In this document: in pieces, positions 29,456 through 39,157 of the stretch
Layout: every line of letters starts with the position of its first letter
Position numbering within the stretch: position 1 is the first letter of the stretch
Assembly: GCA_030829155.1 (NCBI GenBank)
Contig: JAURBD010000001.1
Coordinates: forward strand, 1 to 56,938
Length of the DNA stretch: 56,938 nucleotides
Direction: 5' to 3'
Source: Flavobacteriaceae bacterium
GTDB taxonomy: Bacteria; Bacteroidota; Bacteroidia; Flavobacteriales; Flavobacteriaceae
Made by a program: the position numbers and the translations under genes
The notes under the pieces: model-generated
What the model was told of the DNA's origin: nothing
Seen by the model: the letters and a program-made list of their open reading frames with translations, nothing else
Database searches by the model: none

Positions 29456-30028
29456 ATGAACATTAACGCTAAAGAAATTTTTGCTGCAGGAATGATTCTT
29501 TTTGCAGTAATAGATATTATTGGAAATATACCTGTAATTATTTCTCTTCGAAAAAAAGTAGGGCATATCCAATCCGGTAAGGCCTCGATTGTTTCTTGCT
29601 TTATAATGATTGGTTTTCTGTTTTTAGGTGAAGAGATATTGAACCTCATAGGTATCGATATAAATTCCTTTGCAGTTGCTGGTGCATTTATTATATTTTT
29701 TTTGGCAATTGAAATGGTTCTCGGGATTAACCTTTATAAAGACGATGCTCCAGAAACAGCTTCAATTGTACCTTTAGCTTTTCCGATGATTGCTGGTGCA
29801 GGAACGATGACTTCATTGCTTTCTCTTCGAGCAGAATTTGAGGTCATTAACATCATTATTGCTATTGTTATTAATATCATTATTGTTTATATTATTTTGA
29901 AATCTTCAAAAAAAATAGAATCTATTTTAGGGGCTTCTGGAATCAGTGTTATTCGTAAGGTTTTTGGGGTAGTTCTTTTGGCAATTTCAGTAAAACTTTT
30001 TACAACCAACATAAGTCAAATCATATAA
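29456..30028 (+). CDS. MarC family membrane protein
   Basis: LFAVIDIIGNIP, IVPLAFPMIAGAG; ATG 29456 is preferred to the track's TTG at 29306. Confidence 0.9.
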   Translation: MNINAKEIFAAGMILFAVIDIIGNIPVIISLRKKVGHIQSGKASIVSCFIMIGFLFLGEEILNLIGIDINSFAVAGAFIIFFLAIEMVLGINLYKDDAPETASIVPLAFPMIAGAGTMTSLLSLRAEFEVINIIIAIVINIIIVYIILKSSKKIESILGASGISVIRKVFGVVLLAISVKLFTTNISQII

Positions 30029-30113
30029 AACAGTGATTCTCTTTTTCTTTTAGTGTTTAGAATACTAAATTTGTAAGTGTGCTAACCTTATTAATACTTT
30101 TAATTCAAATTGT

Positions 30114-30314
30114 ATGAAAATTTTTATTCGAATAATGATGGTTCTAGCTCTTGGGATGCTTGTTTTTAATAGCACTAGAATAGATTTTGATGCACCATTA
30201 GATGGAGACAGTAGCGTAGCATTGATAGGAGTTATGGCTTCGGCTTGTGCCTTTTTACTATTGTTTATACTTGTGTTATCAAAAAAAATAGCGGCTAAGG
30301 TTAACAAAAAATAG
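30114..30314 (+). CDS. Small two-TM hypothetical protein
   Basis: 66 aa with two hydrophobic helices around DFDAPLDGDSSVA. Confidence 0.7.
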   Translation: MKIFIRIMMVLALGMLVFNSTRIDFDAPLDGDSSVALIGVMASACAFLLLFILVLSKKIAAKVNKK

Positions 30315-30321
30315 CCTCAAT

Positions 30322-31902
30322 CTAAGGATTCTCATTCAATAGTTCTTTTGTCTTATTAATGAACTCATCTTGACTATGAACAATCTGTAAAAAAGCTTCT
30401 TGATTGAAAAGCTGTAGAGCCATAAAGGATTTAATTGAGTTCAAAATTAAAACTTCGTTTTCCATATTAATGGATACCCCTTGTTGCTCAAAATAAACCT
30501 CAATATTTTCAAGAAGTAGTTCTTTGTTTGCTAGTGGGGTTTGAATAAAATCTTCTTTGGACTTAAAATCATAAAGGGAACGGTTTTTATCCAACTCTAA
30601 AAAAACAAAATGACTTACAAGATTGGAACGAATGATATAATTATCCCACTCTTTATCTAGATTTAATGATCCAGGCACATACTCATCGGGAATTATGCCT
30701 CCCCCTCCATAAACCACTCTCCCCTTTGGAGTTATGTATTTCAAAGAGTCATTTACCGGAATACTCTCTTTGGTTTGAATTTCTCCAGTTTCATATCGTT
30801 TGCCTATTTCGTCATAATAGTCTTCTTTACCCTTATTAAACGGTCGTTGAATTGAGCGTCCTGTTGGTGTGTAATATCGGGCTGTTGTCAATCGAATAGC
30901 ATCTCCAGATCCCAGGGGTATCTGCTGTTGAACCAAACCTTTCCCAAAAGAACGGCGTCCAATAATATGAGCCCTATCATTATCTTGTAAGGCCCCTGCA
31001 ACCACTTCACTAGCCGAAGCAGATTGGCCATTTATCAATACATAGACTTGTCCTTCTTCAAAAAGGCCTCCTCCAGTAGCCACAATAGATTTTCTCTTTC
31101 CTTGATTACTTTGTGTGATAATCATTATTTTCCCTTTGGATAGAAAGGCATCGGTTATTTCTTCAGCAATGTGCAAATATCCTCCGGGGTTATCTCTAAG
31201 ATCGAGAACTAGTTTTTTTGCCCCCTTTAGCTTTAATTCATTTAAAGTTTTTTTAAATTCTTTGCCAGAGGTTTCTGCAAAACGATTGAGCTGAATATAA
31301 CCAACTCCTTTTGTTAAGAGATACCCATAAACCGATGGGATAGGCACCTCTCCACGTTCTACATCAAAGTTTAGAAATTTTTTTGTTTGCTTTCTATAGA
31401 TTTTTAACTGAACTGTTGTTTTTGGCTTTCCCTTTAGTGTTTTTATGATTGATGCGCTGGTTCTGCTTTGACCGTATAAGGTATCTTGATTCGCTATTAA
31501 AATTCGGTCTCCAGGAAGAATTCCAGCAGCTTTACTTGGCCCTTTTTCTAAAACTCGAACTATACTTACAGTGTCCTGTTCCATGAAAAAACTAACTCCA
31601 ATACCTACAAATGTTCCTTGCATTTCTTCATTAATCTTTTGCATTTCTTCCCCAGGAATGTATACTGAATGGGGATCCAGTTGACTGATGGAATTGTCAA
31701 TTATTTTATTTACCAAACTATCTATGTCGATTTCATCAACATAGTTTGATTCGATATATTGAATAAATTTAATTAGTTTTTGACTGCTCTCAATTTTAAA
31801 ACTTGTAGCATTGAAAACCAATTGTTGATTACTCCCTATGGTGAAGCCCAAAAAAAGAGAAAGAAGTACGATTATACAAAGATATAAGTTGTTGTTGTTC
31901 AT
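30322..31902 (-). CDS. S41 carboxy-terminal processing peptidase (CtpA-like)
   Basis: LDPHS, PDZ domain, LDLRDNPGG, SASASE, SFGKGLVQ, TARYYTPTGRSIQ. Confidence 0.93.
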   Translation of the reverse strand: MNNNNLYLCIIVLLSLFLGFTIGSNQQLVFNATSFKIESSQKLIKFIQYIESNYVDEIDIDSLVNKIIDNSISQLDPHSVYIPGEEMQKINEEMQGTFVGIGVSFFMEQDTVSIVRVLEKGPSKAAGILPGDRILIANQDTLYGQSRTSASIIKTLKGKPKTTVQLKIYRKQTKKFLNFDVERGEVPIPSVYGYLLTKGVGYIQLNRFAETSGKEFKKTLNELKLKGAKKLVLDLRDNPGGYLHIAEEITDAFLSKGKIMIITQSNQGKRKSIVATGGGLFEEGQVYVLINGQSASASEVVAGALQDNDRAHIIGRRSFGKGLVQQQIPLGSGDAIRLTTARYYTPTGRSIQRPFNKGKEDYYDEIGKRYETGEIQTKESIPVNDSLKYITPKGRVVYGGGGIIPDEYVPGSLNLDKEWDNYIIRSNLVSHFVFLELDKNRSLYDFKSKEDFIQTPLANKELLLENIEVYFEQQGVSINMENEVLILNSIKSFMALQLFNQEAFLQIVHSQDEFINKTKELLNENP

Positions 31903-31913
31903 AGAGCAGGGTA

Positions 31914-32327
31914 TCAGGGAAGGTGGAATAATTCAATTCCTGCTTTTTTCAAAAAATCCAATCCAGAAGTATCTTTATAAGTCGTAGCATAAACTAATCG
32001 TTTAATTCCTGCTTGATGAATTAATTTTGAACATTCTTTACATGGAGATAAGGTTATGTAAAGTGTAGCTCCATTACAAGACTGAGTAGATGCAGCTACT
32101 TTTAAAATTGCGTTGGCTTCAGCATGAAGAACATACCATTTCGTGAAATGATCCTCATCTTCACAAACATTCTCAAAACCTGAAGGGGTTCCATTATATC
32201 CATCCGAAATTATCATACGGTCTTTGACAATCAAAGCACCAACTTTTTTTCGCTCACAATATGAAAGTTGTCCCCAAATTTCAGCCATTTTTAAATAGGC
32301 CTGATCGTATTTTAATTGTTTATCCAT
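31914..32327 (-). CDS. dCMP deaminase family protein
   Basis: GYNGTP, HAEANAI, SPCKEC. Confidence 0.92.
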   Translation of the reverse strand: MDKQLKYDQAYLKMAEIWGQLSYCERKKVGALIVKDRMIISDGYNGTPSGFENVCEDEDHFTKWYVLHAEANAILKVAASTQSCNGATLYITLSPCKECSKLIHQAGIKRLVYATTYKDTSGLDFLKKAGIELFHLP

Positions 32328-32405
32328 TATTTGCTAAGATACTAGAAATATAATGCTATTAAAAAATCATTAAGCCTTATTTAAATTCACAAAAAATGAA
32401 TCCCT

Positions 32406-33629
32406 TTAGTTGTTTTTGATGAATGATTTAAGAAACATACTTTTCATGTTGAACCAAAAAGCTAATAATCCAATCATTTGCTTTTTGGGTCTTTTCCCCT
32501 TTCCAAGTCTGTGAATTTGTAATTCATACCAAGGTAATTCAATACCTCCCATTTTGTCTATCATTTTAATTCCTGATGTTGGAATGGGAGTTTCGAAACT
32601 TTCTATCTTTTTTGAAAAAATATCTTGAGCTAATTCGGGATACAAACAAAAAGGTCTAGCCAATCCGACAATATCTAAATTACCATTAGCCAATGCTTTT
32701 TCCATAACGGTTACCGTTCGAAAACCTCCGGTGAGCATTAAAGGTTTGGTTGTTATTTTCCTTGCTCTCTCAACATAATCTAAAAAATATGCCTCACGTT
32801 CTTGGGTGCTCTTTTTTTGTTTATGCCCAACCATAGCTGGCTTTTCGTAAGTTCCTCCAGAAATTTCAAGCAAATCGATTCCTTCTTTTGATAAAATTCG
32901 AATTACTTCTAAAGATTCTTCTTCCGAAAACCCACCACGTTGAAAATCGGCAGAGTTAATTTTAATTCCAATAGGATATTCTTTCCCAACTTGAGTTCGT
33001 ATTTCTCGGTAAATCTCAATCACAAAACGCATTCGATTTTCAAGGGTTCCACCCCATTTATCTTTTCTTGTGTTGCTTAGAGGAGATAAAAATTGACTTA
33101 CTAAATAACCATGTGCACCATGGATTTGACAGCCAGTAAAACCTGCATTTTGCATTATTTTTGCTGTATTTCCAAAGCGTTTGATTATTTCCCATATCGC
33201 ATCTTCACTTAATGGGGTTGGTTTTTTGAACATTCTAGAGGCTGCTCCCATTTTCAAAGAAACGGCAGAAGGAGCAACAACCTCTTTATTGATTGAAGCG
33301 AATGCTTGACGACCGGGGTGATTCAATTGTGGCCAAATGTGGGTTCTCGTTCCTTCGCAGGATTTTGCCCAATCTTGCAATAATTTAAAACTTGATCTAT
33401 CTTCAACTACTACATTTCTGGGTTCCCCCAAAGCCCTAGAATCAATCATTACGTTTCCAGTAATGAGTAAGCCAGACCCTCCTTTAGACCATACTTTATA
33501 AGCTTTAATTAAATTTTTAGTAGGTGCATTTTGTAGTGTTCCCATATTCTCACTCATTGCAGATTTTGCAATTCTATTTTGTAAAAGTGTTCCGTTAGGA
33601 AGTTTAAAAGAAGAAGCTAGGTGTTTCAT
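32406..33629 (-). CDS. NADH:flavin oxidoreductase (Old Yellow Enzyme family)
   Basis: NRIAKSAMSE, QLNHPGRQ, HGAHGYL.SQFLSP, KINSADF, EISGGTYE. Confidence 0.92.
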   Translation of the reverse strand: MKHLASSFKLPNGTLLQNRIAKSAMSENMGTLQNAPTKNLIKAYKVWSKGGSGLLITGNVMIDSRALGEPRNVVVEDRSSFKLLQDWAKSCEGTRTHIWPQLNHPGRQAFASINKEVVAPSAVSLKMGAASRMFKKPTPLSEDAIWEIIKRFGNTAKIMQNAGFTGCQIHGAHGYLVSQFLSPLSNTRKDKWGGTLENRMRFVIEIYREIRTQVGKEYPIGIKINSADFQRGGFSEEESLEVIRILSKEGIDLLEISGGTYEKPAMVGHKQKKSTQEREAYFLDYVERARKITTKPLMLTGGFRTVTVMEKALANGNLDIVGLARPFCLYPELAQDIFSKKIESFETPIPTSGIKMIDKMGGIELPWYELQIHRLGKGKRPKKQMIGLLAFWFNMKSMFLKSFIKNN

Positions 33630-33705
33630 CAAGTGGTTTTTTTAATGCCAATGAAGATACAAACTTATCTTTTATCCAACCTCAAAAAATTACTCTTGCG
33701 ACACT

Positions 33706-34278
33706 CTAAAATGGGCTAGATTTTGCCATCATTGTCAAAGCTTGTGAGAGTATCATTGCACCAATTAATAACTGCCACTTGGAGCTTGAAGTTTTTAAAA
33801 TTCTAATAGCAAAAAAATTGAGTATCAACAAGCCCACCACAATACAAACCTGAATAATTTCGATCCCTAAAGCAAAAGAAAGTAATTCTGTTAATGCATC
33901 CTCCTCTGAAACAATTAATGAAAAATAACGTCCAAATCCCAAACCGTGGATGATTCCAAAAACAAAAGTAATTAAAGAAGGGAAAAGAGTTTTAAAATGA
34001 GATTTTATGTTGGTAATTAACGGAATACAACTTAAAGCAATTGTTAATGGAATTAGAAATTCAATCCATAACGCTGATAGGATTATTTCAAAATAATAGT
34101 TTCCAAAGAGTGAGAGGGTATGACCTAATGTAAAAAGGGAAACCCACCAAAACAGTCTTTTAAAATCATTAAAACTGAATGGAAGGCAAAGTGCTATTAT
34201 GAAATAAAAATGATCCAAAGCTTGGAAATCCAGAACATGATTAAATCCGAGTTGAGCATAAAATAAAATTGTTTCCAT
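33706..34278 (-). CDS. HupE/UreJ family membrane protein
   Basis: GFNHVLD..LDH, FTLGHTLSL, FGIIHGLGF. Confidence 0.85.
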   Translation of the reverse strand: METILFYAQLGFNHVLDFQALDHFYFIIALCLPFSFNDFKRLFWWVSLFTLGHTLSLFGNYYFEIILSALWIEFLIPLTIALSCIPLITNIKSHFKTLFPSLITFVFGIIHGLGFGRYFSLIVSEEDALTELLSFALGIEIIQVCIVVGLLILNFFAIRILKTSSSKWQLLIGAMILSQALTMMAKSSPF

Positions 34279-34289
34279 TAGTAACACTT

Positions 34290-35018
34290 TTATAGTCCGC
34301 GCTCTTTTTGAATTTTTTCATAAGCCGCTTGAACCTGTTGAAATTTTTCTTGTGCTCCTTTCTTAAGAGCTTGATTTGCAGTAGTTAATTTATCTGGATG
34401 ATGTTTTTTAGCCATAGCCCTATAGGCTTTTTTAACCTCAGCATCGGTAACATTTGAATCTATTTCTAAAATCTTATAAGCATTTCCCGCTTGTTGAATA
34501 AACATGGCTTTTACACTTTCAATATCTATCCTTCTGATTCCAAGAGCGGCAGCAATTTGTTCTATCTTATTTATTTCTGGCTGAGAAACACTCCCATCAG
34601 CATTAGCAATTCCAAAGAGAAAGTGTACAATTTGTAAACGAATATTATAAGGGGTACTGGTCACAAATAAGCGAGCAATTTTTGAAAGATCTTGAGCTTC
34701 TTTTTTTATTTCTGTATTGAATCTTGAAAAAATTGTTGCAGCATAATCTGCCCCATAATTTGCAATAAAATAATTACGTACAAACCGAAGTTCTTTTTCT
34801 TCAACCTTTTTATCTGCTTTGATTACCATAGCAGCAAGTGCTAATAAGTTCAACTCAAATTGGTTTGACCCCATAGTTCTGTAGCTTGAGTTCTTGAAAG
34901 AAGTATTGGAAGATTGTTTCATCAATCCATCAATGATACTTCCTGCAAAATATCCCAATACAGCCCCACCAAAACGTAAATAAGTATAACCCAAAACAGC
35001 GCCAATCCATTTTATCAT
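34290..35018 (-). CDS. djlA: DjlA-like TerB plus J-domain co-chaperone
   Basis: N-terminal TM, TerB-like VIKAD and IANADG, C-terminal J-domain with HHPD. Confidence 0.85.
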   Translation of the reverse strand: MIKWIGAVLGYTYLRFGGAVLGYFAGSIIDGLMKQSSNTSFKNSSYRTMGSNQFELNLLALAAMVIKADKKVEEKELRFVRNYFIANYGADYAATIFSRFNTEIKKEAQDLSKIARLFVTSTPYNIRLQIVHFLFGIANADGSVSQPEINKIEQIAAALGIRRIDIESVKAMFIQQAGNAYKILEIDSNVTDAEVKKAYRAMAKKHHPDKLTTANQALKKGAQEKFQQVQAAYEKIQKERGL

Positions 35019-35135
35019 TAATCAAAAATTTTCATCAAATATAGTTTTAACTTTAAAAAATTAAGTGAACATTATCTTAAAATGAGGCAAAATGATAGAA
35101 ACTTTTTATCTTTGTCCAAATTTAATAATTAGCCT

Positions 35136-35546
35136 ATGTATCCAGCAGAATTTGTACAACCTATGCGCGATGAGTTAACCGCGGCAGGATTCAAACAATT
35201 AAACGAAGTAAGTCAAGTTGACGAGGCCATAAATGCAGAGGGAACAACATTGATTGTGGTAAATTCTGTATGTGGATGTGCTGCTGCAAATGCAAGACCT
35301 GGTGTTCGTTTTTCTTTAGATAACGATAAAAAACCAAGTAACTTAGTAACCGTTTTTGCTGGTGTCGATTTTGAAGCTACAGATCATGCTCGTTCTCTTA
35401 TGGTTCCTTTCCCTCCATCCTCTCCAAGTATGGCTTTGTTCAAAAATGGTGAGTTAGTTCATATGCTTGAACGACATCACATAGAGGGTAGACCGGCTGA
35501 AATGATTTCTGAAAACCTAAAACAAGCCTATGATGAACATTGTTAA
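35136..35546 (+). CDS. BrxA/BrxB family bacilliredoxin
   Basis: NSVCGCAA.NARP, TVFAG.D, PPSSPS.ALFK. Confidence 0.92.
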   Translation: MYPAEFVQPMRDELTAAGFKQLNEVSQVDEAINAEGTTLIVVNSVCGCAAANARPGVRFSLDNDKKPSNLVTVFAGVDFEATDHARSLMVPFPPSSPSMALFKNGELVHMLERHHIEGRPAEMISENLKQAYDEHC

Positions 35547-35588
35547 TTTTTAACCAAATTCAGTCCATCTTAGAGAAACAAAAATTTA

Positions 35589-36326
35589 ATGTATAAAATT
35601 ATCGCAATTCTCTTCACAGTTATTTTTTATCTGAGTTTTGGTTTGCTATTGTTAATTTTTCATGGAATTCAAGTTATTGCCCTGAATCTTTTTGGTTATC
35701 AAGCCCATAAAGTTTCTGTGGACATTCTCAACTTTTTCTTGTTGAGGTGTCTTAATCTTTTGGGAGCTCGAATTCATTTCAATAATCCTTTTGATTTACC
35801 TACTAATCGTCCTCTCATCATTGTTGCTAATCATCAAAACACCTTCGATATTCCCCCTCTGATTTGGCATCTAAGAAAACACCATTTAAAATTTGTCAGC
35901 AAAAAAGAATTAGGGAAAGGAATTCCCAGTGTGTCATATAATCTTCGTAACGGTGGTTCTGCTCTAATTGATAGAAAAAAAACCAGAAAAGCGGTTGATG
36001 AAATTGATCGGCACGCACAGCTTTTGAGTAAAAACAATTGGTCAACTCTTATTTTTCCAGAAGGAACAAGATCAAAAACAGGAATTCCAAAAAAATTTAA
36101 AAACAGAGGTTTACAAACTTTGATTGAAAAAATACCAAACGTTCTTATTGTTCCTATAACAATCAACAATTCATGGAAATTTAATCGATGGGGTAACTTT
36201 CCTCTTCCTTTAGCTATAAAAATGAAGTTTGACGTTCATCAACCAGTTGAACCGCCTGTTGATCTTAATCGAAATTTTTTTGATTCAATCGAGAAAACTA
36301 TAACCGATGCTATTGTTATTGATTAA
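35589..36326 (+). CDS. Lysophospholipid acyltransferase (PlsC family)
   Basis: NHQNTFD (HX4D), IFPEGTRS. Confidence 0.9.
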   Translation: MYKIIAILFTVIFYLSFGLLLLIFHGIQVIALNLFGYQAHKVSVDILNFFLLRCLNLLGARIHFNNPFDLPTNRPLIIVANHQNTFDIPPLIWHLRKHHLKFVSKKELGKGIPSVSYNLRNGGSALIDRKKTRKAVDEIDRHAQLLSKNNWSTLIFPEGTRSKTGIPKKFKNRGLQTLIEKIPNVLIVPITINNSWKFNRWGNFPLPLAIKMKFDVHQPVEPPVDLNRNFFDSIEKTITDAIVID

Positions 36327-37105
36327 TTCCCGCTAAAATTTGCTTTCCTTTTTTCCAAAAAAGCCTGTGTGCCCTCTTTAAAATCTTCCGACCCAAAACA
36401 GATTCCAAATGCATTTATCTCAACTTCAAATCCGTTTTGATGTTCATCGTATGCAGCATTAATTGATTTAATTGCTTGTCCAATTGCAAAAGGTGAATTC
36501 TTTAATATTTTTTGAGCCAACTCAGATGCTGTAGATAATAACTCCTCTTGTGTTACAACTTGAGAAACCAAACCAAAAGAAAAAGCTTCCTCTGCATTAA
36601 GCATTTTACAACTCAAAATTAACTCCATTGCTCTTCCCTTACCAATAATCTGAGCCAAACGTTGAGTTCCTCCATAACCAGGTATTACGCCCAAAGAAGT
36701 TTCGGGTAAACCCATCCGTGCATTATTAGAAGCTATTCTAATATGACAAGACAGCGCCAATTCCAGGCCTCCACCTAATGCAAACCCATTAATTGCAGCA
36801 ATTACAGGTTTTTTCATCTGCTCTATAAATGTAAATACTTTATCCTGACCATTTTGAGAAAGTTCTTTGCCTTGACTGGGTGTAAATTCCGAAAACTCCT
36901 CAATATCTGCTCCAGCAACAAAAGCTTTTTCTCCGCTTCCTGTTAAAATAATTACTCGAATTGAATTGTCTTCCTCAAGGTCAAAGAAAATTTTATGAAG
37001 TTCTTTTAAAACTTCCTTATTGATAGCATTAAGCTTTGCGGGGCGATCAATTTGAATCCATGCTACTTGATCTTGCTTTCTTAATTGAAGATTTGCTGTA
37101 TTCAT
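36323..37105 (-). CDS. Enoyl-CoA hydratase/isomerase
   Basis: AFVAGADI, ALGGGLEL, GLPE.SLG.IPGYGGTQRL. Confidence 0.93.
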   Translation of the reverse strand: MNTANLQLRKQDQVAWIQIDRPAKLNAINKEVLKELHKIFFDLEEDNSIRVIILTGSGEKAFVAGADIEEFSEFTPSQGKELSQNGQDKVFTFIEQMKKPVIAAINGFALGGGLELALSCHIRIASNNARMGLPETSLGVIPGYGGTQRLAQIIGKGRAMELILSCKMLNAEEAFSFGLVSQVVTQEELLSTASELAQKILKNSPFAIGQAIKSINAAYDEHQNGFEVEINAFGICFGSEDFKEGTQAFLEKRKANFSGN

Positions 37106-38556
37106 ACTTCTTTTTTTAATTGAACAATAAATGTAGTTCCTTTATCTTCTCTTGTTTTGTAGGTTATGGAACCATTTAGGGAGTCAATACTGTTTTTGAC
37201 TATTGCTAACCCAAGTCCCATTCCCCCAGTTTTAGTTGTGAATTTGGGTTCAAAAACTTGATCTATATTTTGTGCAGAAATACCCGAACCGTTGTCTTCT
37301 ATTTCTATTCGAAGTCCAGAAGCTTCACTTTGTATTCTAACTTGAATCAATGGATCTCTTCCTTGTGGAATCGACTGTATTGCATTTTGAAGTAAATTAG
37401 TCATAATTCTTATCCACTGCGTTCTATCCATATTCCAAAGAATTTGCTTTTCTGTGCAGGTAAACTGAATTACTCCTGGTTCAAAAATATCAATCGACAA
37501 AGATGTAATCTCAACAATATCAACTATTTCAATCCGAAGCTTGGGGAGAGTCGCAAAATCCGAAAAAGCGGTTGCAACCTCGCTCATAGTATCTATCTGT
37601 TCAATCATAATTTTTGAGAAATCCATTACTTTTTGATTAATTTTAGGATCATCTGGATCAAAACGCTGCTGAAAACTTTGAATTGATAAACGCATTGGAG
37701 TAAGCGGGTTTTTAATTTCATGAGCAACTTGCTTTGCCATTTCTTGCCAAGCTTGTTCTCGTTCAGATCGAGCTAGCTTAGCTATACTCTCCTCCAAAGC
37801 ATCCAACATGCTATTGTATGAGTTTACTAAACTATCTACTTCTTTACTTGCATTGGAAATATAAATTTTCTCATTCCCTTTCAACAATCCAGTTCGATCA
37901 ATCCTTGCACGAATAGTTTCTAAAGGTCTTGTCATATAGCTTGAAATAAAATAGGCAATAATAATTGCGACCAATAGCATAAAGAAATAAATCTGAAAGA
38001 GTCTAACTAAAAAAGTATTTAGTTCATTGGAACTGAAGGATACATCTTCGAAATAAGGAAAATATAGAATCCCATAAGGTTCATTTAATTTATTGAAAAG
38101 AACACTGTATGAATACTGAAATTTTCCTCTTTCTTTTTCGTTTTGAATTGTAATTCTTTTGCGTTTACTTTTAAATAATTCTTGTGTAATACCAGAGTTC
38201 AATACTTGGCTTTGGTCAACACTTCCAAGTTTCATATAAGAATAAAAGTATGGGATTCCGTCCAAAGAATACAAAGCGTATTCAACCTTGTGAATCAACG
38301 AAATTGATTCAAAAACATCGTATAAACTTGACTGTTTTTCCTTGCTTAAATCAAAAGCATTGTCCCTATTAAGGATATAAAAAAGGTGGTTTTTTACTTG
38401 AGTTTCTTTTCGTTCTAATCGTCTTAAATTATAATCATCAGACTGAGAATAATATTGAAAAAAAGTAGCTCCCAAAATGAGTATAGAAGTCATAACAACC
38501 AACAAAATCATGGAAAAAAATACGCGTGATCTGAGGGAGAATTTACCTTTTGACAT
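37102..38556 (-). CDS. Sensor histidine kinase (2 TM, HAMP, HisKA, HATPase)
   Basis: AHEIKNPLTP, NLLQNA, DNGSG, FTTK, GMGLGL. Confidence 0.95.
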   Translation of the reverse strand: MSKGKFSLRSRVFFSMILLVVMTSILILGATFFQYYSQSDDYNLRRLERKETQVKNHLFYILNRDNAFDLSKEKQSSLYDVFESISLIHKVEYALYSLDGIPYFYSYMKLGSVDQSQVLNSGITQELFKSKRKRITIQNEKERGKFQYSYSVLFNKLNEPYGILYFPYFEDVSFSSNELNTFLVRLFQIYFFMLLVAIIIAYFISSYMTRPLETIRARIDRTGLLKGNEKIYISNASKEVDSLVNSYNSMLDALEESIAKLARSEREQAWQEMAKQVAHEIKNPLTPMRLSIQSFQQRFDPDDPKINQKVMDFSKIMIEQIDTMSEVATAFSDFATLPKLRIEIVDIVEITSLSIDIFEPGVIQFTCTEKQILWNMDRTQWIRIMTNLLQNAIQSIPQGRDPLIQVRIQSEASGLRIEIEDNGSGISAQNIDQVFEPKFTTKTGGMGLGLAIVKNSIDSLNGSITYKTREDKGTTFIVQLKKEV

Positions 38557-38558
38557 CG

Positions 38559-39101
38559 TTATTTTTCATTTCTAAAGTTCTTGTAAATTCTGATTCCAAG
38601 CATTAATAGTATTGCTAAACCAACAATGGATAGGATTCCAAAAATCCAATGAAAACTACTTTTTAGTACTACCAAAAAAACAACCGCAAACAAAATGAGC
38701 GTCGCTCCTTCGTTCCAAATTCTCATAAAAAAAGAGGAGTGGTGAAATTGATCTTGTTGCAATTCTTTGAAAATTAGATGTGTTTTATATTGATACAAGT
38801 ATAAAAGTCCTACAAAAAATAACTTTATTAACATCCAATCTTGTGTTAACCAGCTTGGCATAAGGTATAATAATGTAAAAGCAAAGAAACTGGCTAAAAT
38901 TGCCGAGGGCCAAGTGATTATATACCACAGACGCTTGGCCATCAATTTCAACTGTTTACTCAGTATAGCAGATTCAAATTCTGGCTTTTCCTGTGCTTCA
39001 ATGTGATATATAAAAATACGGGGCAAATAAAATAAGCCTGCAAACCAGGTAATGACAAAAATAAGGTGAAGAGATTTTATGTAATTGTAATATTCTAGCA
39101 A
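38559..39101 (-). CDS. hemJ: Protoporphyrinogen oxidase HemJ
   Basis: KSLHLIFVITWFAGLFYLPR, R.WNE; located in the heme cluster. Confidence 0.9.
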   Translation of the reverse strand: MLEYYNYIKSLHLIFVITWFAGLFYLPRIFIYHIEAQEKPEFESAILSKQLKLMAKRLWYIITWPSAILASFFAFTLLYLMPSWLTQDWMLIKLFFVGLLYLYQYKTHLIFKELQQDQFHHSSFFMRIWNEGATLILFAVVFLVVLKSSFHWIFGILSIVGLAILLMLGIRIYKNFRNEK

Positions 39102-39157
39102 AAGGAATGTTTTTATAAGTTCTAAAGTACAAAAAGAAAGATAAAACTACTTTGCTT

